Shown: positions 1-9,170, counted from the first letter of the stretch. The stretch: 64,000 nucleotides of DNA from Halobacteriales archaeon QS_5_68_33 (GCA_003023785.1 PXRS01000077.1:57033-121032), one strand, 5' to 3'. Numbers and translations are program-made. The notes: generated from the letters alone by a model not told the origin.

Positions 1-160
1 ACCTGCGACAGCTGTCGCTACCACTGGGAGTTCAAACACTCCTACGATTGATAGTGTTTATCACGAGCAGTTACCGGCCTTCTGCTGGACAACCGGCTGA
101 CGAGATGTCTCCCGGCCGGTCCGGCGAGGATCGGAGAAGAACTCGTGGGAAACAGTATGA

Positions 161-238
161 TACGGTCGGTTGTGGATCAGTTCCGGATTTCGTCGAACCG
201 GTCGGCGAAATACCGGTACATCGGTACAACCGACCGTA
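161..238 (+). mobile_element. MITE-like hairpin element, family 1, copy A (78 bp)
   Basis: Terminal inverted repeats TACGGTCGGTTGT ... ACAACCGACCGTA. Flanked by TGA (158-160) and TGA (239-241). About 90% identical to the copy at 62332, and in reverse orientation to those at 33423 and 42856. Confidence 0.8.
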
Positions 239-292
239 TGAGAGGGGGCCACGACCATAGACTATTGTCGCTCGCGGGCGAGACGGACGACG

Positions 293-466
293 ATGGTCGA
301 GATGATACGGACCGTGCTGGCGGCGCTCGCGGTCGTCCTCTTCGCGACGGCGCTGGCGGCGATGACGGCCCAGCGGCTGCGAGTGGCCGGGTTCTGCTTT
401 CTGAGCGCCAGCCTCGTCATCTACGTGCGCGAGACGCGGACCGCGGACGGGCCGGCCGGCGACTGA
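293..466 (+). CDS. small hydrophobic protein (57 aa), hypothetical
   Basis: ATG..TGA ORF read by hand (MVEMIRTVLAALAVVLFATALAAM...). Two hydrophobic stretches and GC-rich third codon positions. Below the 60-aa cutoff of the ORF track. Confidence 0.4.
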   Translation: MVEMIRTVLAALAVVLFATALAAMTAQRLRVAGFCFLSASLVIYVRETRTADGPAGD

Positions 467-493
467 CCGGCGAGGACACCCCGACGTGACGGG

Positions 494-813
494 CTAGTCG
501 TCGACGGTCATCCGGGTCGTTACCACCGGGATCGGCGACGTACGGACCACCTTGTCGGAGGCCCCGCCCAGCACCGCGCCGAACTTTCCCTTGTAGGCAC
601 TTCCCATGACGATGGCGTCCAGTACTCGCGGTAGTCTTCCCGCAGTTGCTCCTCGTCGTCCCTGACGTACACCGTCCGGGGCGCGCCCGGCAGGTCGATG
701 ACGTACAGCGCGTGGACGGACGCGCCCAGCGACGCCGCGAGGTCGATGCCGTGCTCGGCGGCCCGCTGTGATTCGTCGTTCCCGTCGTAGGGGATCAGAA
801 TAGCGTCGTACAT
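494..813 (-). pseudogene. universal stress protein (UspA family), frameshifted with an internal deletion
   Basis: The N-terminal 64 aa (MYDAILIPYDGNDESQRAAEHGIDLAASLGASVHALYVIDLPG...EDYREY) are in one frame. The typical USP C-terminus (LDAIVMGSAYKGKFGAVLGGASDKVVRTSPIPVVTTRMTVDD*) is in another. The junction lies near 620-625, and the middle of the domain is absent. Confidence 0.55.
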
Positions 814-882
814 TGCCTCTACCCTCACCGCCGATTCTCCTGTCGGATTCAAATAACTTTGGTGCGAGCGACCGTTCGCCTG

Positions 883-913
883 TACGGTCGGAAAAACGGA
901 TTCAGATCCCGTA
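883..913. repeat. possible 31-bp mini-derivative of the family 1 element
   Basis: TACGGTCGG...CCCGTA flanked by CTG/CTG. Similar architecture to the 30-bp copy at 4680. Confidence 0.3.
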
Positions 914-984
914 CTGAACCTCGGCAACGGTCGGCTCCCGAACCAATAATTACTACCTGGAGTATGTGATGTGGTCGGGAGCGG

Positions 985-2274
985 TTACCCCGGTCGGTCG
1001 GCGTCTTCCGGGGCCGGTGTGTCGGCGTCAGTGCCGAAGACGGCGGCGTCCTCGTCGAGGACCGACCGGCCGAGCAGCTGGCCGCCGATGATCGTGGGGC
1101 TGATGACCCGGTCGGCGCCGACGCCCTCGAGTTTCTCGACGTGTTTCCGGTCGGTGGCGGCGGCGACGACCCGGACGTCGGGGTTCTCCTGGCGGGCCGC
1201 CAGCACCGCGAGCACGTCGCGGGCGTCGTCCGCCGTGGCGACGACGACGCCCTCGGCGGTGTCGATGCGGGCGTCACGGAGCGACTCGGCGTCGGTCGGG
1301 TCGGCCGTCAGGACGTTCAGCTCGCGCTCGCGTAGCGACGACACGGCGTCGGTGTCCTCGGTGACGACGACGAGGTCCGTCTCGCCGTCGAGTTCGTCCA
1401 GAAGCGGTGCGGTGATGTCGCCGTGGCCCAGGACCAGGACGTGGTCCTCGAGCAGTGAGAGTTCGGATGCGCTCATGTTGCCGAATGCGCTCGATATCCG
1501 CGATTCGAGCGCCGGGATCAGAAGCGATCCCGACGCGACCGTGAACGAGATCGTCCCGAGCACGATGACGGACAGCGCGAACAGTTTGGTGACGTCCGTC
1601 GTCGGCGTCACGTCGCCGTAACCGACGGTCGTCCCGGTGACGACGATGTAGTAGAAGGCGTCGGTCAGCGAGTTGACGCCCGTGAACGCCCCGCGCATGG
1701 CGTAGGCGCCGACCGTCCCGTAGAGCTGAACGCCGAGGAAGGCCGCCAGCGCCGCCGCCTGGAACGCCGAGAGGTCGACCGCCTGGTCGAACCGGCCGCG
1801 GTTCCGGACGACGTGTGGCAGCGCCACCAGCGCCGCGAGCAGGAGGAGCAGGTCCGTCGCGTCGGCCGTCAAAAGCGGCAACAGCGCCACCAGCGAAAGC
1901 GCCACCAGCGTCCCGTACCACGCTATCTTCAGGCGGCGCCGCAGCCCCAGGGCGAGGGGCCCGAGCAGGAACGCAAAGAAGACGGCGTAGAGGCGCATGA
2001 GACCCCCCGCACCCGGGACCAGTCCGGCCAGGGGCCCGTCCAGCGCCACCGCCCCGCCGCTCAGGTCCGACAGCCCCGTCACGAAGGCGACGACGGCCAC
2101 CGCCCCGACGAGCAACACGCTCGTCTTCGCGCCCGAGAAGGACGACCAGTCGACCAGCCTGACCCGCTCGCCGTATTCGAACAGCTCCTCGAGGGCGGCG
2201 TCTCTCCCCTGTTCGCGCGTGTCACTGCCCACCCCAACGGGTAGCACGCTCCCGGATAAAAACGTGTGTTGCAC
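985..2274 (-). CDS. potassium channel protein with a C-terminal RCK/TrkA-N domain
   Basis: Selectivity filter TVGYGD flanked by TM helices, followed by a Rossmann-like HVLVLGHGDITAPLL.. RCK-type domain. Confidence 0.85.
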   Translation of the reverse strand: MQHTFLSGSVLPVGVGSDTREQGRDAALEELFEYGERVRLVDWSSFSGAKTSVLLVGAVAVVAFVTGLSDLSGGAVALDGPLAGLVPGAGGLMRLYAVFFAFLLGPLALGLRRRLKIAWYGTLVALSLVALLPLLTADATDLLLLLAALVALPHVVRNRGRFDQAVDLSAFQAAALAAFLGVQLYGTVGAYAMRGAFTGVNSLTDAFYYIVVTGTTVGYGDVTPTTDVTKLFALSVIVLGTISFTVASGSLLIPALESRISSAFGNMSASELSLLEDHVLVLGHGDITAPLLDELDGETDLVVVTEDTDAVSSLRERELNVLTADPTDAESLRDARIDTAEGVVVATADDARDVLAVLAARQENPDVRVVAAATDRKHVEKLEGVGADRVISPTIIGGQLLGRSVLDEDAAVFGTDADTPAPEDADRPG

Positions 2275-2289
2275 CCGCCGAACTCGATC

Positions 2290-2755
2290 GCAGCCGTCCC
2301 GGTTCTGACTGTCGAACTCAACAGACCACTCTTCTGATACGACGGTACGGGTGAACTACCCCGACCTACCGCGCTTGGGCCTACTCGGCCCTCGTTTGTT
2401 GCGGTCGGGGCTTCCTGGTTCTGTGTCGGAGCTTGCATCCGACGTGGACACAGCGGCTCCAGACTCCGCAGGCGGCTTCCCTTCACAGGCGGTTCGGAGT
2501 GTCCCACTCCTACCGGGTCGACACTCGGCTACAACCGGCGGCGCACGCTTCTTGTCGCGTTTGAACACTGCCGGAGGCGTGGCGAGCATCTTCTTACCCG
2601 CTTCGACCGCAGGGGTAGTAAACGTGGCGGAGAGTCTGTTTGCGAACTGTGCGGGCGCTGTATCCCCTCCCTGCTCCGCTCTCTCAGGTCGCTCCGTGGC
2701 GGAAGGGGGATTAGCGCCCTCATCGCAGAAGCTAAGACCGGCCCCCCGGAAGCGT
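2290..2755. ncRNA. gene-free structured spacer; candidate ncRNA or long leader (identity unresolved)
   Basis: No credible ORF in any frame, and GC lower than the flanking genes. Stable hairpins at 2421-2453, 2496-2510 (GGAGTG TCC CACTCC) and 2653-2719 (GGGCGCT...AGCGCCC extended stem). Confidence 0.2.
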
Positions 2756-2760
2756 GTGGT

Positions 2761-4659
2761 ATGGCGACACACGGGGACAGCCCCGCCGAGCGGTTCCTCC
2801 GGAAGGCCTTGGTGCCCGTGTGCGTGCTCTCGGGGGCGCTCGTCGTCTCGGGGTTTTTCTTCCCGTGGTTCGTCGGGGGCGTGGTGTCGGGCGAGGGGTG
2901 GCTCGTCCTCGCGCTCCTGTTTTTCGGCACTGGACTGGCCTACCTCGCGCTGTTGCCGGTGCAGGCGCCCGAATCGGACGAGACGGTCGGCCGGGGGCGG
3001 ACGGTCAGGTACCTGCTGCGGATCCGCCACGGCCACTTCCGGCGGGCCATCGAACCCTTCTTCGAGCGCCAGGACGCGGTGACCTTCGGCGTGCCCGTCG
3101 CCGTGCTCGCGCTCTTCTTTCTCGTTCGCCTCCTCGCGCCCGGCGCGACCACCGGAGCCATCGGCGCCGCGGAGGCGTTCGTGCTGGGGGACATGGGGTG
3201 GCTGTTTCTGGGCGCGGTCCTGCTCGCGGTGCTCTACTGCGTCTTTCTCCTCGCGGGACCGTGGGGGGACGTCCGCCTCGGCGGCCCCGACGCCGAACCG
3301 ACCTACACGTATCCGACGTACTTCGCCCTCTTTTTCGCGGCGGGCATCGCCGCCGGCATCGTCTTCTGGGGTCCCGCCGAGGCGCTCTTTCACTACGGGT
3401 CCCCGCCGCCGTACTTCGGGACGGCGCCCGGGTCGAGCGCGGCGGCCGTCAACGCGCTCGCCTACGCTTTCTTTCACTGGGGGGTTTCGGCGTGGAGCCC
3501 CTACCTCGTGGTCGGGCTGCCCGTCGCGTATTTCGTCTACGACCGCGGCGCGCCGCTGCGGGTGTCGACGCTCTTGACCCCCTTCCTGGGCGTCGACGGC
3601 CTGGACTCTCTCCCCGCGAAACTGGTCGACGTCCTCGCCATCTTCGCGACCATCGGCGGCGTCGGCACCTCCGTCGCCTTCGTCAGCCAGCAGTTCCTCG
3701 CCGGCATCGACTACCAGTGGGGCGTCACCTACGGCGTCCTCGGGCCGGTCGTCCTCGTGGGGGGGCTGACCGCCATCTATGTCGTCACCGCGGGGTCGGG
3801 CGTCCACCGCGGGATCCGCCGGGTCGCCGGCGTGACCGTCGGCCTCTTCGCCCTCTTCGGCCTCCTCCTGCTGGCGCTCGGCCCGCGCTCGACGGTGTTC
3901 GCCTACGGCGGCCGGGCGCTCGGGCGCTACGCCGCGAACTTCCTCCCGATGAGCCTCTATCTCGGCGGGGAGTGGGTCGCCGACTGGACGGTCTGGAACT
4001 GGTCGTGGTGGTTCTCGTGGGCGCCGTTCGCCGGGCTCTTCCTCGCGGCCCTCTCGAAGGGCCGGACCGTCCGGACCGTCGTTGCGACGGCCGTCGGCGC
4101 CACCTCCCTGGCGACGATGGCCTGGTTCCTGGTGATGGGCGGGACGACCCTGGCGCTCCAGCACGGCGGTGCCGCGGACGTCCTCGGCGCCGTCGAGGCC
4201 TACGGCGGGTCCGAGGCCGTCGCCGGCTTCCCCGTCTTCGCCGCCCTCCCCATGAGCCAGCTGCTCATGTTCCTCTTTCTGGCGCTCATCGTCGTCTTCA
4301 TCACCACTTCGGCGGCCGTCTCGACGCTCGTCGTCGCCGTCCTCGCGACGAAACGGGCGTTCGCGCCGACGACCGGCGACGTCGTCTTCTGGGGCGTCCT
4401 CCAGGGTGCGGTCGCCACCGCGGTGCTGGCGCTGGGCGGCGGTCAGTCCCTCCAGGACGTGGCCGTTCTCACCGGCGGCCCGTTCGCGCTCGTCTCCGTC
4501 CTCGCCCTCGCGGGCCTGACCTGGACGCTCCGCCGCGACGAGGCCGATCGCGACCGGGTTCGTCGGTCGCTCCCCGGCAAGGCCAGGGCCGCCCTCGCCG
4601 CCCGCGACGTCACGCTCCTCCCGGAACGGCCCGACCTCGACGACGAGAAACGCGAGTGA
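2761..4659 (+). CDS. BCCT-family transporter (betaine/choline/carnitine type)
   Basis: 632 aa polytopic protein with BCCT-like blocks (FFHWGVSAWSPYLVVGLPVAYF, WTVWNWSWWFSWAPFAG). Carries a membrane N-terminal extension of about 100 aa. Confidence 0.88.
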   Translation: MATHGDSPAERFLRKALVPVCVLSGALVVSGFFFPWFVGGVVSGEGWLVLALLFFGTGLAYLALLPVQAPESDETVGRGRTVRYLLRIRHGHFRRAIEPFFERQDAVTFGVPVAVLALFFLVRLLAPGATTGAIGAAEAFVLGDMGWLFLGAVLLAVLYCVFLLAGPWGDVRLGGPDAEPTYTYPTYFALFFAAGIAAGIVFWGPAEALFHYGSPPPYFGTAPGSSAAAVNALAYAFFHWGVSAWSPYLVVGLPVAYFVYDRGAPLRVSTLLTPFLGVDGLDSLPAKLVDVLAIFATIGGVGTSVAFVSQQFLAGIDYQWGVTYGVLGPVVLVGGLTAIYVVTAGSGVHRGIRRVAGVTVGLFALFGLLLLALGPRSTVFAYGGRALGRYAANFLPMSLYLGGEWVADWTVWNWSWWFSWAPFAGLFLAALSKGRTVRTVVATAVGATSLATMAWFLVMGGTTLALQHGGAADVLGAVEAYGGSEAVAGFPVFAALPMSQLLMFLFLALIVVFITTSAAVSTLVVAVLATKRAFAPTTGDVVFWGVLQGAVATAVLALGGGQSLQDVAVLTGGPFALVSVLALAGLTWTLRRDEADRDRVRRSLPGKARAALAARDVTLLPERPDLDDEKRE

Positions 4660-4679
4660 CGGCGACGGCCGGGCCGTCA

Positions 4680-4709
4680 TACGGTCGGTTGTCGGAACCT
4701 CGACCCGTA
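4680..4709. repeat. internally deleted family 1 element (30 bp)
   Basis: Exact 13-nt left TIR TACGGTCGGTTGT preceded by TCA, with a degenerate right end CGACCCGTA. Lies about 20 nt downstream of the BCCT stop. Confidence 0.6.
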
Positions 4710-4780
4710 ATCGTCCCGAGAGGAGTTGTCCCGGTGGGGTTCGACGGCAGATATTAGGGAGCGTCGGGCGAGGGGAAGGT

Positions 4781-5161
4781 ATGAAACGGACTGTCAGCAC
4801 CGACGAAGCGCCCGCCGCCGTCGGGGCGTACAGCCAGGCGACGACCACCGGCGACCTGCTGTTCACCGCCGGGCAACTCCCCCTCACTGTCGAGGGCGAA
4901 CTCCTCGACGACGAACCCGTCGCCGTCCAGGCCCGCCAGTGTCTCGAAAACGTCGAGACCATTCTCGCATCCGAGGGCCTGGAGATGAGCGACGTGCTGA
5001 AGGTGACGGTCTTCCTCGACGACGTGGACGACTTCGCCGAGATGAACGACACCTACGCCGGGTTCTTCGAGGAGGACCCCCCGGCGAGAAGCGCTGTGGA
5101 GGTGGGCGCCGTCCCGAAAGGCGCCGCCGTCGAGATCGAGGCCATCGCCGCTGTGGAATGA
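4781..5161 (+). CDS. ridA: RidA/YjgF-family reactive-intermediate (enamine/imine) deaminase
   Basis: 126 aa. APAAVGAYSQA...GDLLFTAGQLP...PARSAVEV signature of the YjgF/RidA family. Confidence 0.9.
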   Translation: MKRTVSTDEAPAAVGAYSQATTTGDLLFTAGQLPLTVEGELLDDEPVAVQARQCLENVETILASEGLEMSDVLKVTVFLDDVDDFAEMNDTYAGFFEEDPPARSAVEVGAVPKGAAVEIEAIAAVE

Positions 5162-5162
5162 G

Positions 5163-5549
5163 GACGACGACCACCACGCCCGGGCGACGGCACTGTTCAA
5201 CGCGATCCAGGCCGGCGACCTCCCATACCGGCCGCTGTACACCACGGGTTACGTCCTCGCCGAGCTCGTCACCCTCGGGCTTGCGCGAGCGAACCACACG
5301 CTCGCTGCGACTGCCCTGCGACGAATCCGCGCCTCACCGTCGGTAACGGTGCTTCATCCTGACGAACCGATGTTCGCGGCCGTCTGTAACGAGTTCTACC
5401 GATACGACGACCAGGATATTTCACTCGTCGATCACGCGACCAGTGTGCTCGCCGACGAGCGCGATGTCGAACACGTCTTTACCTTCGATCCGGACGACTT
5501 TCGCACGCTCGGGTTCACCGTGGTCCCCGACGACACCGGCGAGGCGTGA
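5163..5549 (+). pseudogene. PIN-domain (VapC-like) toxin remnant lacking its N-terminus
   Basis: The open frame reads DDDHHARATALFNAIQAGDLPYRPLYTTGYVLAELV...DISLVDHAT...VFTFDPDDF, a PIN core. No start codon or first acidic strand remains because the frame runs into the ridA stop. No antitoxin ORF is adjacent. Confidence 0.45.
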
Positions 5550-5591
5550 CGCACGATGCTCGTCATTGCCGAGCCGATGGAACACCTCGTA

Positions 5592-7310
5592 TCAGAACAG
5601 TCCGTGAACGGTGCCGTCGTCGTCGACGTCCATGTTCGCGGCGGCGGGCTCGGCGGGGAGGCCGGGCAGGGTAAGCACGTCGCCGGTGAGCGCGACGAGA
5701 AAGCCCGCGCCGGCCGAGGGATAGACCTCCTTGACTTCCAGCGTCCAGTCCTCGGGCGCGCCTTTCAGTTCGGGGTCGTCCGACAGCGAGTGGAAGGTCT
5801 TGGACATGCAGACGGGCACGTCGTCGAAGCCCAACTCCTCCATGCGCTCGATGTCGTCCTCGGCGTCGCCGTGATACTTGACGCCATCCGCGCCGTATAT
5901 CTCGGTCGCGACCGTCCCGATCTTCTCCTGGATGGAGTCGTCGAGGTCGTACAGCGGTTCGAACGTCGAGTCGGCCGCGGCGGCGGCTTCCAGTTTCTCG
6001 GCGAGGTCGATTCCGCCCTCGCCGCCGTCGCTGAAGACGTTGGACTCCGCGGCCTCGACGCCCAGGTCCGCCTCGCAGTGTTCGATGACCGCGGCGACCT
6101 CGGCGTCGGTGTCCCCGGGGAAGCGGTTGACCGCCACGACGACCGGGACGCCGAACTTCCGGAGGTTGCTGACGTGCCTGTCGAGGTTCTCGAACCCCCG
6201 CCTGACGGCGTCGACGTTCTCCGCGTCGAGTTCGTCCAGGTCGGCCGGCCACATGTCGTAGCCGTGGTATTTCAGCGCGCGGACGGAGGCGACGAGCGTG
6301 ACCGCGTCCGGTTCCATGTCGCCGAACCGGCAGACGATGTTCATGAACTTCTCCGCGCCGAGGTCGGACCCGAACCCGGCTTCGGTGACGACGGTGTCGG
6401 CGAGGCGCGAGGCGACGTCGTCGGCCATCAGCGAGTTGGTGCCGTGGGCGATGTTCGCGAAGGGGCCGCCGTGGACGAACGCGGGCGTCCCCTCGATGGT
6501 CTGGACGACGTTGGGTTTCAGCGCGTCCTTCAGGAGGATGGAGACGGCGCCGGTGGCATCGATGTCCTCGACGGTGACGGGGTCGCCGTCCTCGTCGTAG
6601 GCGACGATGATCCGGGCGACCCGCTCTTTGAGGTCGGCGATGGAGTCGGCCAGACAGAGCACGGCCATCAGTTCGGAGGCGGCGGTGAGGATGAACCCGT
6701 CCTCGCGGGGGACGCCGGTGACGTCCCCGCCCAGACCGACCGTCGTCTCCCGGAGGACGCGGTCGTTCATGTCGATGGCGCGGGGCCAGTTGACCCAGTT
6801 GACCGCGACGTCGAGGTCGTTGCCCTGCTTGATGTGGTTGTCCAGCATCGTCGAGATGAGGTTGTGCGCCGAGGTCAGCGCGTGCAGGTCGCCCGTGAAG
6901 TGGAGGTTGATGTCCTCCATGGGGAGGACCTGCGAGTAGCCGCCGCCGGCGGCGCCGCCCTTGACCCCGAAGACGGGCCCCAGCGACGGTTCGCGGATGG
7001 CGACGAGGGCGTCGGTCCCGATCCGGTTGAACGCCTGGCCCAGCCCGACCGTCGTCACCGTCTTGCCCTCGCCCATCGGCGTCGGTGTCATCCCCGTCAC
7101 GAGCACGAGGTTCGCCGTCGCCTCGCGCTCGTTCCTGATCCGCTCGATCGCCGGGAGTTTCACCTTCGCCTTGTGCTCGCCGAACAGGTCGAGGTCGCCC
7201 CGCTCCAGCCCGTAGGGCGCCACCACGTCCGCGACGTGGGATTTCTCGACTGACTGTGCGATCTCGTAGTCGGTGGGAACGGACTCCTCGCTCTCCTCCA
7301 GTGAGGACAT
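5592..7310 (-). CDS. fhs: formate--tetrahydrofolate ligase
   Basis: FTHFS motifs (VTGMTPTPMGEGKTTVTVGLGQAF, full-length alignment-like layout). The ATG at 7310 is preferred over the track start at 7340. Confidence 0.93.
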   Translation of the reverse strand: MSSLEESEESVPTDYEIAQSVEKSHVADVVAPYGLERGDLDLFGEHKAKVKLPAIERIRNEREATANLVLVTGMTPTPMGEGKTVTTVGLGQAFNRIGTDALVAIREPSLGPVFGVKGGAAGGGYSQVLPMEDINLHFTGDLHALTSAHNLISTMLDNHIKQGNDLDVAVNWVNWPRAIDMNDRVLRETTVGLGGDVTGVPREDGFILTAASELMAVLCLADSIADLKERVARIIVAYDEDGDPVTVEDIDATGAVSILLKDALKPNVVQTIEGTPAFVHGGPFANIAHGTNSLMADDVASRLADTVVTEAGFGSDLGAEKFMNIVCRFGDMEPDAVTLVASVRALKYHGYDMWPADLDELDAENVDAVRRGFENLDRHVSNLRKFGVPVVVAVNRFPGDTDAEVAAVIEHCEADLGVEAAESNVFSDGGEGGIDLAEKLEAAAAADSTFEPLYDLDDSIQEKIGTVATEIYGADGVKYHGDAEDDIERMEELGFDDVPVCMSKTFHSLSDDPELKGAPEDWTLEVKEVYPSAGAGFLVALTGDVLTLPGLPAEPAAANMDVDDDGTVHGLF

Positions 7311-7542
7311 ACGCGGTGATTTTCCCGTCCCACTCATCAATGTTAGCGTACCTATAGATACCCGAATACGACGTGTTTGAACGCGGAACCCGGCCGGTCC
7401 GCGACCCGGAAAAAAGGGTGCGACCGGAGGGTTTCACGGACTGTCAGCGCCAGCCTGTCGGCGCCGCCCATCGTGATCCGCCGGTGACACGCTGTGCTTC
7501 GACTGATGGGCCGGCGGCGTCGACGGAGCGGGACCGCCCGGC

Positions 7543-9039
7543 TCATACGGTCGAGCGGTCCGCGACGTAGGCCCTGAGGTCGCGTTCGACCCCGGGGTCC
7601 ATCGGCGGCCGCTCGTAGCTCTCGAGGAGCGCGTCGACGCGGTCGCGTCCGAGTCCGAACGCCGAGGGTCGGTCGGCGGCCCAGTCGTCGTGGGCGCGCT
7701 TGTCGAGGACTGCGGACCGATGGAACGACGCCGATGCCTCGTCCTCTTCGAGGAAGTGGCCGGCCGGGTCGGCGTCGGCGATGCGGTCGAGCGCGAGCGT
7801 CCCCTCGTCGACGGTCACGCCCTGGCGAAACCGGGCGAGCGAGCGGAGCAACTCGCAGTCGAGGACGAACTTCTCGGGAGAGACGGCGGCGTAGGATTCG
7901 AGGACGCCCGCGGCGTTCAGGGCGAGGTCGACGCCGCCGAACGCGGTGACCGCGCCGAGCAGCCCCGATTCGAGGCCGCCCTGGTAGTCGACGGTCTTGG
8001 CGTCCGAGAGCGCCCCGCCCGCCCGGCAGGGCAGGCCGTAGTGGCGCGCCAACTGGCCGGCGAGCGCGACGAACAGCGCCGACTCCGGGCCGCCGATGGA
8101 GAGCGAGCCGTAGCGGTCGTCGATGGTCGCAGAGGGGACGCCGTAGACCACCGGGGTCCCGGGGTTGACGAGCTGGGCCAGCGCGACGAACGCGAGCGTC
8201 TCGGCGTTGGCCTGGACCAGCGACGCCGCGAGCGTCGGCGGCCCCGAGGCCCCTGCCATGGTGAACGACGAGACGACCAGCGGCTGGCCGTGGTCGGCGT
8301 AAGTCAGCAGGCCGCCGAGCATCGCCCCGTCGATGCTGCGGGGTGGCGTCGTGTTGACCAGTCCCGCGACGACCGGGTCGGAGCGCTCGCCCGCCTCGAA
8401 CGCGACGTCGGCCCGGTCGGCGAACGCGATCTCGACCATGTCCATGCAGGCCTGCGCGCGCTCTCCCCCGCGGGTCGGACCCATGACCGGCTTGTCAGTC
8501 AGGGTCAGCGACCGTTCCAGCATCGCGAGGTGCCTGTCGGCGCGCGGGACGTCCGTCGGCTCACAGAGGCTGTACCCCGCACACGTGATCACCTCCTCGG
8601 CGTGGGCGAGTTTCACGAGGCGCTCGTAGTCCGCGAGGCGGGCGTCCCGTCGTTCGTAGTTCGCCGCGCCAGCGGATCCGGCGACGTGGCGGTCCTGGTC
8701 TCCGCTCCCGCCGTCGAACGTGTGGACCGTCGAGGGGCCGTAGGCGGGCGCGCGGACTGGCGGGCCGTCACCGACGGTGACGTCTTTCTCCGGGTCGCGG
8801 GCGTGGAGCGTGAACGCGTCCGGCGCCCGGTCGACGGCGTCGGTGAGGAGCCCCCGCGGGAGCGTCGCGACGCCGTCGTCGTCGACGCGTCCTCCGGCGT
8901 CCTCGACGACCGCCCGGGCGCGCTCGTGGGTCAACTGGATCCCCACCTCCGCTATCACGTGCATCGACGCCTCGTGGACGGCCTCGACGCTCGCCGCGTC
9001 GAGTCTGTCCAGGCCGGGCGTCGCGTCGGAACTGTCCAC
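7543..9039 (-). CDS. MttB-superfamily methyltransferase, non-pyrrolysine type (quaternary-amine:corrinoid methyltransferase-like)
   Basis: 498 aa uninterrupted ORF with trimethylamine-methyltransferase-family layout and no in-frame TAG. Confidence 0.75.
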   Translation of the reverse strand: MDSSDATPGLDRLDAASVEAVHEASMHVIAEVGIQLTHERARAVVEDAGGRVDDDGVATLPRGLLTDAVDRAPDAFTLHARDPEKDVTVGDGPPVRAPAYGPSTVHTFDGGSGDQDRHVAGSAGAANYERRDARLADYERLVKLAHAEEVITCAGYSLCEPTDVPRADRHLAMLERSLTLTDKPVMGPTRGGERAQACMDMVEIAFADRADVAFEAGERSDPVVAGLVNTTPPRSIDGAMLGGLLTYADHGQPLVVSSFTMAGASGPPTLAASLVQANAETLAFVALAQLVNPGTPVVYGVPSATIDDRYGSLSIGGPESALFVALAGQLARHYGLPCRAGGALSDAKTVDYQGGLESGLLGAVTAFGGVDLALNAAGVLESYAAVSPEKFVLDCELLRSLARFRQGVTVDEGTLALDRIADADPAGHFLEEDEASASFHRSAVLDKRAHDDWAADRPSAFGLGRDRVDALLESYERPPMDPGVERDLRAYVADRSTV

Positions 9040-9170
9040 TGGCCGCCCGTTTTCGAGAGCGCCACAAAAGGATTTGCGCGCCGACCACGAGCGGTCAGAC
9101 GGGCGTCACGTCGTGGTTCATCTCGATCGTGTGACAGGATTTTGCGGGGGTCGCAACCCACGGTCGTGGC

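Noticed and set aside
1-51. A 3' end of a plus-strand ORF ending ...TCDSCRYHWEFKHSYD*.
   Set aside because: Only 16 codons are visible, too little to call a gene or a family.
2290-2755. Possible identity of the structured spacer as RNase P RNA or SRP (7S) RNA.
   Set aside because: I could not find the conserved GAGGAAAGUCC / ACAGAA..CGGCUUA elements. The only helix-8-like motif has a GUGA loop rather than GNAR. The spacer is kept only as an unassigned ncRNA candidate.
2356-5052. Very long ORFs antisense to, or out of frame with, recognisable genes (for example 2356-5052, 8955-12371, 9941-12520, 17030-19507, 26180-29572, 51139-53292 upstream part).
   Set aside because: Their translations are Arg/Pro/Gly/Ala-rich and low in complexity, which is typical of non-coding frames in high-GC DNA. 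Each overlaps a gene with clear family motifs.
7546-7569. The TIR-like string TCA-TACGGTCG, and a loose palindrome, at the 3' end of the MttB gene. This suggested the C-terminal codons derive from a family 1 element.
   Set aside because: Only 8-11 nt match the element consensus, and the remainder is not clearly related. It could be chance in this composition.
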